From positions 1-64,000 of IMG/VR virus record IMGVR_UViG_3300009110_000302: a DNA stretch of 64,000 nt. One strand, 5' to 3'. Position 1 is the stretch's first letter, and each line of letters starts with the position of its first letter. This document shows positions 55,413 to 64,000 of this stretch, in pieces. The translations under genes and the position numbers were made by a program. The notes beneath the pieces were generated by a model, which made no database searches, was not told the DNA's origin, and was given only the letters and a program-made list of their open reading frames with translations. This DNA comes from an uncultured virus (IMG/VR IMGVR_UViG_3300009110_000302). Its lineage: Duplodnaviria; Heunggongvirae; Uroviricota; Caudoviricetes.

Positions 55413-56132
55413 ATGACTAAAGGTATTTTATATATTTGTTATGATGGAGGAGTTGAGGTAAAAGTACCTTATTTTAAAGAGGTCAAAAGAAGTATCTCTA
55501 GCTTGAGGAAGTATTGTAAATTGCCTATTACTATTTATACAAACGGTAACGTAAAAAACGAGGATTTTAACCAAGGGCTTGAGGATGTTAACGTCTTGAT
55601 AAGGAACGAAATCAAATCTAGTCTTCCTTCTGAGCCCAGATTAGACCCACAACGAAGGGGGTGGACTTTTCCTAAATTACATTGTTTTAAAAATCTACCT
55701 TACGACATGACTATCTTTGTTGATACAGATACGGTATTTTTTGATGATCCGTCTGGATTAATTTCCGAAGATTATGATTTAGCTATATGCCGAGATGTGT
55801 ATTACAAGAAGCGAAGGAAGGCCGGTCAATTAACCAAACACTTTAATACCGGATTTTTTATAGCTCGAAGAGGAGAGCCTTTTAAGAAGCTCATAGACAT
55901 GGCCTTAGACCTAGTTGGGAAAGAAGAGTTTTCTAAAGAAAGTAGGTATACGAGTGAAAACCATGATAATCGTGATCAGCCTCTTTTCAATTTAGCTCTA
56001 GACTTTATTCACGATATTAATATTAGAATTTTACCTCAAAAATGGAACGTTAGAGGTCATATTTCAAGTTTTATAGACGAGCCTAAGATGATTCATGATA
56101 GGAGGCTTATCAGTTTTGGAGGGCTGTCATGA
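55413..56132 (+). CDS. GT8-like glycosyltransferase
   Basis: SI.SLRKY, FVDTDT, FNTGFF, DQ..FN, LPQKWN, MIH. Confidence 0.75.
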   Translation: MTKGILYICYDGGVEVKVPYFKEVKRSISSLRKYCKLPITIYTNGNVKNEDFNQGLEDVNVLIRNEIKSSLPSEPRLDPQRRGWTFPKLHCFKNLPYDMTIFVDTDTVFFDDPSGLISEDYDLAICRDVYYKKRRKAGQLTKHFNTGFFIARRGEPFKKLIDMALDLVGKEEFSKESRYTSENHDNRDQPLFNLALDFIHDINIRILPQKWNVRGHISSFIDEPKMIHDRRLISFGGLS

Positions 56133-56308
56133 TAAAAGGGTGGAAAGAGGTGAGCGTGGATTGGAAAAAAAATATGCTTATCTTTATGAAAGTGATTGGT
56201 GAGGAGACGGGAGATTGGTGTCCTGAACATTGGGAAGAATACGGTATAAGTAGGGAAGACGCCCAGATAATTTTAGACGAATATGAAAAGACGTTTCCAG
56301 AGGATTAA
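56129..56308 (+). CDS. Small hypothetical protein, 59 aa
   Basis: Gap-filling ORF with ATGA overlap. Confidence 0.45.
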   Translation: MIKGWKEVSVDWKKNMLIFMKVIGEETGDWCPEHWEEYGISREDAQIILDEYEKTFPED

Positions 56309-56310
56309 AA

Positions 56311-58149
56311 ATGTGTGGAATAATTGGATACATTGGAGAGGAGAAAGCCTCAGATAAGATATATTCGGGATTAGAAAAATTAGAATATAGAGGTTACGAT
56401 TCTTGCGGCGTTGCGGTATTTAATAAAAATACTAATGAATTAGCTTGTTCCTACCACCTCTCTGCGCCTAGTGAAATCGAATCTTATAACGCTTTACCTG
56501 AATCTTTTTGCGGCATAGGTCATACAAGATGGGCGACACACGGCGCGGTCACCTTAACTAATACTCATCCTCATAAAAGCTGTGACGACACCGTATACCT
56601 TGTCCATAATGGGGTTATAGAAAATGCTGATCAAATAAAGAAGGGGCTAGAAAACGAGGAGTGTGAATTTTATAGCGAGACAGACACAGAAGCTCTCGTT
56701 AATTTAATTGCATTTTGTTATAACGACTCTAGCGATAAAGAGCCCGTTTTAGCAATTAACCAAGCTTTGAAAGAGGTCGAAGGGACTTACGGTCTTGCTA
56801 TTATGTTTAAAGATCACCCTAGCGTCATCTTTGCGGTTAGAAGAAGCTCTCCTTTAGTGTTGGGACTCAAAGAGGAAGAAACTTATATCTCTAGCGATAC
56901 GAACGCTTTGCCTTCTGATACGGAGAAGGTTGTATATTTGGAAGATGGAGACGTAGCGGAGGTTAAAAAAGACAGCTTTAAGATTTATGATAGAAATAGC
57001 AAACAATACGATAGTAGGCGCACCGCTATAAAAATAAAAATACCAAAAAGACACCATCAGCTTGGGAGTTACGAAACATTTTTAGAAAAAGAGATTTATG
57101 AGCAACCAGACTCGATAAGGGAGACAACGAGAGGTCGGTTCAATAAGGATTTTGATTCTGTGATTTTAGGGGGCATAGATACCGAAAGGGACATTAAGAG
57201 GGTTCTGTTTATAGGTTGCGGCACCGCTTACCACGCTGGCCTTTTGGGTAAATACTTTATAGAAAACATAGCTAAGGTTCCCGCTAGTGTAGAGATCGCT
57301 TCAGAGTATAAATATAAGAATAACCCCACGGAAGACGGGACTCTTGTGGTTGTGATAAGCCAGTCTGGTGAAACCATAGATACTCTAGCGGCACTGAAGG
57401 AGGCTCAAGATAGGGGGCTTGATACAATAGCTATAACAAATACCGTCATGAGCAGTATAGCTCGTCAGGTTGAGGAGGGAATCTACCAACGTGTCGGCCC
57501 TGAGGTTTCAGTGGCTTCAACTAAGGCTTTTACGTCTCAAATAACTCTAGCTTTGATGCTGGCTATTTTAATTGGGCGTAAGAATGGGATGAGTTTATTG
57601 GAGTCAAAAAGGATGATTGGGTATTTAAGGAGGTTACCGAGCTTGATAGATCAAACTTTAAGTATGACCAAAGAAAAGGCGCGTAAGCTTGCGGTTGGAC
57701 ATTCTTTATTAAAAGAGATGACCTTTTTGGGTAGGCAGTATATGTACCCAATAGCTTTAGAAGCGGCGTTAAAAACGAGAGAGCTTGCCTATGTAAATAC
57801 TATCGGTTATACGTCTGGAGAAATGAAACACGGGCCGTTAGCCTCTATAAGTAGCCATTCTTTTGTTTGGGTTTTAGCTCCCCAAGAAGGATTGAAAGAA
57901 AAAAATATAACGACGATTAAAGAACTTAGCTCTAGAGGGGTAAACCATATAACCGTGGTAAAGCAGGAGGGGCAAGATTTCCCAAAAGATTGTCATGATA
58001 ATTTTATAAATATACCTAAAGCTCCAGAGTTTCTTTTACCCGTGTTGGCGACTATCCCCATCCAGTTGTTTGCTTTAGAGATGGCCAAAGTCAGAAATTT
58101 AAATGTAGACAAGCCGAGGCATTTAGCGAAATCTGTTACAGTAGAATGA
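56311..58149 (+). CDS. glmS: Glutamine-fructose-6-phosphate aminotransferase
   Basis: MCGIIG, EYRGYDS, GHTRWATHG, HNG.IEN, SQSGET.DT, VASTKAFT, DKPRHLAKSVTVE. Confidence 0.96.
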   Translation: MCGIIGYIGEEKASDKIYSGLEKLEYRGYDSCGVAVFNKNTNELACSYHLSAPSEIESYNALPESFCGIGHTRWATHGAVTLTNTHPHKSCDDTVYLVHNGVIENADQIKKGLENEECEFYSETDTEALVNLIAFCYNDSSDKEPVLAINQALKEVEGTYGLAIMFKDHPSVIFAVRRSSPLVLGLKEEETYISSDTNALPSDTEKVVYLEDGDVAEVKKDSFKIYDRNSKQYDSRRTAIKIKIPKRHHQLGSYETFLEKEIYEQPDSIRETTRGRFNKDFDSVILGGIDTERDIKRVLFIGCGTAYHAGLLGKYFIENIAKVPASVEIASEYKYKNNPTEDGTLVVVISQSGETIDTLAALKEAQDRGLDTIAITNTVMSSIARQVEEGIYQRVGPEVSVASTKAFTSQITLALMLAILIGRKNGMSLLESKRMIGYLRRLPSLIDQTLSMTKEKARKLAVGHSLLKEMTFLGRQYMYPIALEAALKTRELAYVNTIGYTSGEMKHGPLASISSHSFVWVLAPQEGLKEKNITTIKELSSRGVNHITVVKQEGQDFPKDCHDNFINIPKAPEFLLPVLATIPIQLFALEMAKVRNLNVDKPRHLAKSVTVE

Positions 58150-58730
58150 GCACTCCTAGACAATACATAGAAGAAGTTGAGCGACTTATAAATGAGTGGC
58201 ACGTTCCCTTACATGAAAATAAAACAACTTTGACGGAAGCTCTGAAATCTATGGAGGGTTTTAAATTAGAGGCGGAAGATGTCCCTTTGATTATCAAATT
58301 GGTAGAAAACCCCAAGTACGACATCGGTTTATTCGCAGGTAATGTTTCTCTTCATAATCATGACTGTATTCATTTACTTCTTGGTAGAGGTCTTAGAGTG
58401 AAAGATGAGGCTTTCGTAATAGGTTATACGATGGGAAGCACAAAGAAGATGTGGAGATGGAGAAGAAATTTATATATGTTCTGTGCCAAATACTTATTTC
58501 CGAAAGGTTATAGATTCGGAGAGGAAGAAAGGTTTGTATTTAACGTAGGAGTGATGTTAGGGGAGAGTTGTGACACGGATCTTTCCGAAGTCGATTTTAA
58601 GGCTTTAGGAAAATATAGAATAGAGAAAGTTAGGAGATTACTCGGTATAGATAAAGAATTATTAAAAAGTTATTATGAAATTGAAAAAAAATGTTTCTTA
58701 AATAGCGAGGAGAGTCAAAGACTAACATAA
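58146..58730 (+). CDS. Coq4-like metal-binding protein
   Basis: HDCIH-x11-E matches the Coq4 HDxxH(x11)E motif. Confidence 0.5.
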   Translation: MSTPRQYIEEVERLINEWHVPLHENKTTLTEALKSMEGFKLEAEDVPLIIKLVENPKYDIGLFAGNVSLHNHDCIHLLLGRGLRVKDEAFVIGYTMGSTKKMWRWRRNLYMFCAKYLFPKGYRFGEEERFVFNVGVMLGESCDTDLSEVDFKALGKYRIEKVRRLLGIDKELLKSYYEIEKKCFLNSEESQRLT

Positions 58731-58990
58731 TGGAAGATTACAAAGAAATTTGGGAAAAGTATCATGAAAAGATTATCGAAAGGCTTGGATGGGTTGGGGC
58801 GTTTCTTGTGGTATTGGGCTATTACCTTAATGCTCAACATTATCTATGTTGTTGGCTTGTATGGACGGTGGGTAATGCGTTTATTGCGGGGTATTCGATC
58901 CACAAAAAAGCATACCCAACGGCGTTAATGTCTTTAATTATCGCTATAATGAATATATATGGATACATAGAATGGAAGGAGGCTTTATGA
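58730..58990 (+). CDS. Small 3-TM membrane protein, PnuC/SemiSWEET-like half
   Basis: LGWVGAFLV..GY.LNA, WLVW.VGN, NIYGYIEW. Confidence 0.55.
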   Translation: MEDYKEIWEKYHEKIIERLGWVGAFLVVLGYYLNAQHYLCCWLVWTVGNAFIAGYSIHKKAYPTALMSLIIAIMNIYGYIEWKEAL

Positions 58991-59184
58991 AAAACACAAA
59001 AAAGAGAATGCACCGAACGTCAGACCCGACTTGGCATACCTACACATATAGTGGAGAGACAAAAAGCCCATTTGACATAGAAATGATTAAATATTATAAT
59101 GAATCCGAAGGCAGGGATCAAATATTGTTCCTTTATAAAGATAAAACCGATGGGAAAATTTTTAAATATAGAATATTACAGTGA
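58987..59184 (+). CDS. Small hypothetical protein
   Basis: Start at 58987 with ATGA overlap. Confidence 0.45.
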   Translation: MKNTKKRMHRTSDPTWHTYTYSGETKSPFDIEMIKYYNESEGRDQILFLYKDKTDGKIFKYRILQ

Positions 59185-60284
59185 TCGATGAAGATAAAAA
59201 AATACTTAATGACTTTTTTGAGTCCTTGGTAGTAGGAAAGGAGACTTTTATAGGTTATCCCGTTAATACCCTTTTCGATTATTCTGAATTATTTAAATTT
59301 TTATCTATACCCCTGAACAACGTAGGCGACCCCTTTTGTTCTAGTTATTATGGCCTCGATTCAAGACTGATGGAAAGAGAGGTGTTGGATTGGTTTGCCA
59401 AACTCCACAACGCTCCATTAGATAATTATTGGGGTTACGTTACAAATGGAGGTACGGAAGGTAATATGTATGGTCTTTATCTCGCTAGGGAACTGTATCC
59501 CAAAGGGGTTGTTTATTATTCGCAAGACACGCATTATAGCGTGAGTAAAAATATTCGTATGTTAAACATGGAACACGTTATGATAAAGTCTCGTCGTAGC
59601 GGAGAAATGGATTACCAAGATTTACATGAAATGATTTCAACTTGGCGTTCGGCTCCTCCTGTTATTTTCGCTAACGTGGGGACAACAATGAGAGAGGGTT
59701 TCGATGATATAAATGAAATAAAAAAAGTTTTAAGAGCTTTAGCCATCCCAGAGTATTATATTCATGCGGATGCGGCATTAGGAGGAATGACATTACCATT
59801 TATAGAAAATTCCCCTGCTTTTGATTTTACGACAGGCGTACAAAGTATGTCTATTAGTGGTCATAAATTTATAGGCTCTCCTTTGCCGTGCGGAGTTGTT
59901 TTAGCTTTAAAAAGTAATGTAGGTAGAGTAGCGAGGGCGGTAGAGTATGTAGGGTCTTTGGATAGCACGGTTAGTGGCTCTAGAAATGGCTTTACTCCCA
60001 TACTTTTATGGTACGCGATAAAGAAATTTGGATTTAATGGCTTCAAGAAAATGGTTAGAGGTTGCGTCAGAACAGCAGAATTAGCCGTTAGAAAGATGAA
60101 CGACAGCAATATAAAGGCTTGGAAAAACGACTATGCTATAACGGTAGTTTTCCCTAGACCCGCTGAAAATGTGGTAAAAAAGTGGAAATTAGCGGTACAA
60201 GACGATATTGCTCATATTATTTGTATGCCTCAAGTTAATGGGGATGTAATTAATAATGTAATAAAAGACATAAGAGAAAGGTGA
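59181..60284 (+). CDS. PLP-dependent histidine decarboxylase-like protein (HdcA/serine decarboxylase group)
   Basis: GYP, NNVGDPF, WGYVTNGGTEGN, DTHYSV, GEMDY.DL, HADAALGG, SGHK, SGSRNG. Confidence 0.85.
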   Translation: MIDEDKKILNDFFESLVVGKETFIGYPVNTLFDYSELFKFLSIPLNNVGDPFCSSYYGLDSRLMEREVLDWFAKLHNAPLDNYWGYVTNGGTEGNMYGLYLARELYPKGVVYYSQDTHYSVSKNIRMLNMEHVMIKSRRSGEMDYQDLHEMISTWRSAPPVIFANVGTTMREGFDDINEIKKVLRALAIPEYYIHADAALGGMTLPFIENSPAFDFTTGVQSMSISGHKFIGSPLPCGVVLALKSNVGRVARAVEYVGSLDSTVSGSRNGFTPILLWYAIKKFGFNGFKKMVRGCVRTAELAVRKMNDSNIKAWKNDYAITVVFPRPAENVVKKWKLAVQDDIAHIICMPQVNGDVINNVIKDIRER

Positions 60285-60290
60285 TGTTTT

Positions 60291-60455
60291 ATGGAAGAAA
60301 AATGGGTGGCAATTGTTTATAATGGAGGAGACAAAGTAGGTTCTCGAATCTTTGAGGGCGAGGAGTCACAAACCCGACCAGAAGCGAGGCGTTGGGTCAT
60401 CTCCCAATTTGGTGAGGGTACGGACTGGTCTTTTCATCATGTAATAGAGCGTTAA
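60291..60455 (+). CDS. Small hypothetical protein, 54 aa
   Basis: Gap-filling ORF MEEKWVAIVY... Confidence 0.45.
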   Translation: MEEKWVAIVYNGGDKVGSRIFEGEESQTRPEARRWVISQFGEGTDWSFHHVIER

Positions 60456-60469
60456 TTGGAATATGAAGA

Positions 60470-61312
60470 ATGAATTTTTTATATCCATTAGCGAAAAGGT
60501 TTATTGCTGGCTATGATTTGGAATCTGCCAGAGATAATATTCAACGCCTAATGGATGAAGGCTACGAGGTTTCAATAGATTACGTCGGTGAGAATAGTAA
60601 AAGTCAGGAGGACTGTTTGAAAGCTTTTAAGCAGTATGTCAAAATTATAAAATTTTATAAAAATAAAAAAATAAACATCTCCATTAAGCCTTCTCAATTA
60701 GGAATAAACATCCACCCAATACTTTCTTATTCTCACATTTCCAAATTAGCTGAACTAGCTAAAAAACATAACCATACAATCCGTTTAGATATGGAAGATT
60801 CAAAAGTTACAGAGCTTACGAGGAATCTTGCTGTTTGTTTAAATAGGAGGTTTGGAAATGTGGGAGTAGCGATACAAGCTAATTTACATAGAAGTAATAA
60901 AGACATTGATAATCTAATAAAGGAAGGGGTTTCTGTTCGTTTAGTTAAGGGGGCATATAAAGAAAATGAGAAAGTAGCTTATCAAAATTATTTTGATATA
61001 ACTGGCTCTTTTTTTGATTATGCTGCTAGGTTGTATTCAAGAAAGGCAAATAAACCAGCACTCGCCACCCATGATGAAGAGTTGTTAGGGGATGTAGAGG
61101 AACTTATACCCCATCCTGATTATTTTGAATATGAGTTTCTTTATGGAGTTCGTAGAGATTTACAAAAAAGCTTGAAAGATAAAGGGTATACGGTTAGAGT
61201 ATATATACCATTTGGAAAGAATTGGCTACCTTATACGTTGAGGAGACTTAAAGAGTGGAAGAACTTAAAGTTTGTAATAAAAAATATACTGTATGAGATA
61301 TTTAAGCGATGA
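60470..61312 (+). CDS. Monofunctional proline dehydrogenase
   Basis: RFIAG, SIKPSQLG, LDMED, VRLVKGAY, ATHD, EFLYG, RVYIPFG...Y..RRL.E. Confidence 0.9.
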   Translation: MNFLYPLAKRFIAGYDLESARDNIQRLMDEGYEVSIDYVGENSKSQEDCLKAFKQYVKIIKFYKNKKINISIKPSQLGINIHPILSYSHISKLAELAKKHNHTIRLDMEDSKVTELTRNLAVCLNRRFGNVGVAIQANLHRSNKDIDNLIKEGVSVRLVKGAYKENEKVAYQNYFDITGSFFDYAARLYSRKANKPALATHDEELLGDVEELIPHPDYFEYEFLYGVRRDLQKSLKDKGYTVRVYIPFGKNWLPYTLRRLKEWKNLKFVIKNILYEIFKR

Positions 61313-62207
61313 AGAAGTTTCCGGCTTATTGGAAAATAAATGGAGTCAAATAATAAACTCTATCGAATCTGCTTTTCTTGACCCATCTGTAGACATGGTT
61401 CCTAAAATTTACCTTAAGGGTGAAGGTGGAGATTTTAGAGCTATGCCAGCGGCACTTGGCAAATATGCGGCTATCAAGTGGATTGGAGTGTTCCCAGACA
61501 ACTATCAGATTCCAATACCCACAACGAATGGTTCGCTTATTTTGAGTGACAGGGAAACAGGAGTGCCTCTAATGGGTATGGACTGTACCACTCTTACAGC
61601 ATATAGAACTGCGGCTACTTCAGCGATAGCCGCCAAGTATTGCTCTCCTGAAGCTGAGAACTTTGCGATCATAGGTTGTGGGTTACAAGCCAAATATCAT
61701 ATTGAGGCTTATGAAACTATCTTTAGTCACATGAAGATGGATGTTGAGCTTTACGATAAAAATGAAAAAATACAAAAGGATGTATTTAATTGGTTAGGTA
61801 GCGAAAATCTTTGTAGGGCTTGGGGCAGAAATAAATCAGTAAAGGAAGCGGTTAAATATGCAGACGTTATTACTACTCTTACACCATCTACATCACCTTA
61901 TTTGGACATCCATGATGTTAAAAGTGATTGTCATATCAACGCTGTCGGTGCGGATGCAGTCGGGAAAAGAGAATTGATGACTAACATCATTGATGGGTCA
62001 TCGTTTATTGTCTGTGACGATGAAGAACAAGCTTTGCATTCTGGAGAGCTACAATATAACACATGGCCGAACTTACAACCGCAGTCTATTAATTCTCTAA
62101 TTAAGAACAAAAAAATCCCAAATAAAGGAGTATCAGTGTTTGATTCCACGGGAGTAGCTATTGAAGATGTAGCTATCGCAGCATTAATCTACAAATTATC
62201 GGAGTAA
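61293..62207 (+). CDS. Ornithine cyclodeaminase / mu-crystallin family protein
   Basis: TAYRTAATSA, IIGCGLQA..H, HINAVGAD..GKRE, FDSTG.AIED. Confidence 0.9.
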   Translation: MRYLSDEEVSGLLENKWSQIINSIESAFLDPSVDMVPKIYLKGEGGDFRAMPAALGKYAAIKWIGVFPDNYQIPIPTTNGSLILSDRETGVPLMGMDCTTLTAYRTAATSAIAAKYCSPEAENFAIIGCGLQAKYHIEAYETIFSHMKMDVELYDKNEKIQKDVFNWLGSENLCRAWGRNKSVKEAVKYADVITTLTPSTSPYLDIHDVKSDCHINAVGADAVGKRELMTNIIDGSSFIVCDDEEQALHSGELQYNTWPNLQPQSINSLIKNKKIPNKGVSVFDSTGVAIEDVAIAALIYKLSE

Positions 62208-62208
62208 T

Positions 62209-62726
62209 ATGAACGAGGCAGATAGATTAAAATGGAAAATTACCAGACTCAATTCTATAATAAGAGATTTAGAATCAGAGAATAAAAAATTAAAAAAAGG
62301 GTTTGGGGTGAGAAGGTGTTGCAAACGTACATATTCGATACGCAAGCTGGACAAGACTTTTACAAAAGACTAGATGATCTACATGATGAATATGTATACC
62401 ATTTATTATTAAGCGGTCTAGCAGAAAAAGGATTAGATTTAGAGTCTATAAAAATGACAAAGAATCCTGACGTAAGCGAAAAGTATTGCAAAAGAGTAGT
62501 AGGTGGGCTGGTAAACGTAAAACCCCAAATAATAGTAAAGCTAACCGAAGACAAGAAACCTAGACTGGAGTGTATATTTACAGTCCTTAATGATAACGAG
62601 TACGTCAGGAATGAGTTGTTTATGATACAGAACGTGATGGATTGGCCGCAATTAGGAAAATATAGTTGCCAAATATGGTATTTAGGCGAGACTGCCCTAG
62701 AAGAAGTGAGGAAGAAGTGGGAATGA
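62209..62726 (+). CDS. Hypothetical protein, probably one gene broken by a -1 frameshift at an A7 run
   Basis: ORFs 62209..62373 and 62316..62726 join if one A is added at 62292-62298. Confidence 0.45.
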
Positions 62727-62923
62727 AAGCATCGAGAAACGGACAAAGACCTTGTTATACTCCTCCTTTTTCAAGACGTAAAGATTTTTGTAGGAAAGTC
62801 AGAGAGACAGAGAAGCAAATACAGCGATGTAAAGATGAAGGGGCTTGGAAGAAGGCGAGTCACCTTCAATGGGTTCTAAGAAATGTTTGGTGGGGCTATA
62901 AAAGATACCAGTATGAAAATTGA
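62723..62923 (+). CDS. Small basic hypothetical protein
   Basis: Start at 62723 with ATGA overlap. Confidence 0.45.
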   Translation: MKASRNGQRPCYTPPFSRRKDFCRKVRETEKQIQRCKDEGAWKKASHLQWVLRNVWWGYKRYQYEN

Positions 62924-63182
62924 AGAAGACTTAAACGATTACGGTAAATATTTAGAATATGATTTTGATAACAGAATCAGTTATGATGAAGACTCAGACT
63001 CTATGTATATCTATGTAGCTCCACCTCAAGGTCAGGTTGGCGCGGTGATGGTTTACGCAGACAAGCAGCATAATATGGTGTCAATAGATACCGATGAAGT
63101 AAATACCCAAGTAGGGATAGAGATAGTCGGAGTATCGAGGTTAATGAAAAAATTTAATTTAAATAAAATAAAAAATAATTAA
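62913..63182 (+). CDS. DUF2283-like protein
   Basis: ISYDEDSDSMYIY ... ID.D....VGIEI..VS. Confidence 0.6.
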   Translation: MKIEEDLNDYGKYLEYDFDNRISYDEDSDSMYIYVAPPQGQVGAVMVYADKQHNMVSIDTDEVNTQVGIEIVGVSRLMKKFNLNKIKNN

Positions 63183-63186
63183 CATC

Positions 63187-63711
63187 ATGGAAGACCAACC
63201 TTATTTGTTCCCAGAGTTTGCTCGTAGGGCAAAGATGCTTCAAACGATCCTGAAAGAACAGGCTATGGACATTTCTAAAATTAATATTCATTTTGATGGA
63301 GAATCAGAAATGCACATCAAATCTAATAGAAAAGTGAAACAGCTTCAATCATTGGAGGAAAAAAGGTTTTATGCTTTTAAAGGAGATGAAGAAAATCCAA
63401 TGCCGTATATTAAAAATATCAAAACGGGGAAAGTTCTAAAGATTGCTTATACTAGGGATAAATACCCCTGTATTACTTTAGGGCATCGTGACACTCTGAC
63501 GACAACCCCAGTTCATAGATTACTTGCTATGTGTTTTATAGAGAACCCTGACCCTAGTAAACTTATGGAGGTTGACCATTTAAATGGAAATAAGAGAGAT
63601 TGGAGGTTAGAGAATTTAGAGTGGGTTAGCTCTAGTGAAAATAACAAAAGGAGGAAGATTCTTAAAAAGCAGCAAGAGGACTCCCAAACTCCACCAAATT
63701 ATCATATATGA
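63187..63711 (+). CDS. HNH homing endonuclease
   Basis: VHRLLAMCFIENP, VDHLNGNKRDWRLENLEWVSSSEN. Confidence 0.85.
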   Translation: MEDQPYLFPEFARRAKMLQTILKEQAMDISKINIHFDGESEMHIKSNRKVKQLQSLEEKRFYAFKGDEENPMPYIKNIKTGKVLKIAYTRDKYPCITLGHRDTLTTTPVHRLLAMCFIENPDPSKLMEVDHLNGNKRDWRLENLEWVSSSENNKRRKILKKQQEDSQTPPNYHI

Positions 63712-63959
63712 AAAAGTATTGGGATCATAGCACTAAACCCTCTACTTATGTAATTGTGATTGACGGGGAGGAGGCGTTTCGTGGTAATTATGCTGACGGT
63801 ATGATGTATGTTAAATCTTTAGAAAATGACGGTATGATAAGTTTCAAAGATGATTATCTTCCCGAAATGAATCGTATATCAAAGATAACTTACCGTGCGC
63901 TCCATGTCGAAAAAGAATTGAGACGAGAAATAATTAAATTAAAAAAAGAGCTTAAATAA
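63708..63959 (+). CDS. Hypothetical protein
   Basis: ORF from the track. Confidence 0.5.
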   Translation: MKKYWDHSTKPSTYVIVIDGEEAFRGNYADGMMYVKSLENDGMISFKDDYLPEMNRISKITYRALHVEKELRREIIKLKKELK

Positions 63960-63978
63960 CGGGAGTGTAAAAGGGCTT

Positions 63979-64000
63979 ATGGAAGACAAAATAAAAAAAA
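63979..64000 (+). CDS. Start of a 3'-truncated gene (MEDKIKK...)
   Basis: ATG lies 8 nt after GTGTAA at 63965-63970. Confidence 0.3.

Noticed and set aside
122..62746. Short antisense and alternate-frame ORFs in the track (e.g. 6424..6948, 3635..4006, 62360..62746)
   Set aside because: They lie within well-supported + strand genes and show no motifs; treated as shadow ORFs.
1..64000. Stop-codon reassignment
   Set aside because: Recognisable enzymes are full length in the standard code, and TAA, TAG and TGA all end genes at sensible positions.
1..64000. Cellular (CPR/DPANN) or eukaryotic giant-virus origin
   Set aside because: No rRNA or ribosomal operon, scattered single metabolic genes among phage-type ORFs, and bacterial-type promoters, sigma factor and DnaE. 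No capsid or terminase is in the window, so the phage call remains an inference.

Overview
The window looks like part of a large lytic dsDNA bacteriophage genome, probably an aquatic jumbo phage. Coding is dense and almost all on the + strand, there is no rRNA, and many small ORFs resemble phage hypotheticals. From left to right: (1) the end of a probable virion gene with Pro/Thr-rich repeats, then a 2584-aa orphan; (2) a replication module with DnaB, DnaG, a Cas4/AddB-like nuclease, a Pol III alpha split into PHP and catalytic genes with a separate DEDDh exonuclease, and a candidate SSB; (3) a long accessory region. That region holds an extensive glycosylation toolkit (two GT60/Gnt1-like enzymes, HtrL-like, GT10, GT4, GT8, methyltransferases, GlmS, PMM, a UDP-sugar dehydrogenase, epimerases) and amino-acid catabolic enzymes (VOC/HPPD-like protein, ALDH, lysine/saccharopine dehydrogenase, proline dehydrogenase, ornithine cyclodeaminase, histidine decarboxylase). 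It also has GuaC, dCMP deaminase, an ECF sigma factor, bS21, tRNA-Arg(UCU), Hsp20 behind a sigma54-type promoter, and an ExbB/ExbD-like membrane pair. Many sigma70-like promoters sit so close to the start codon that the mRNAs would be leaderless, and a GTGTAA-N8/9-ATG motif recurs. All family assignments come from motif recognition by eye; no database search was run.
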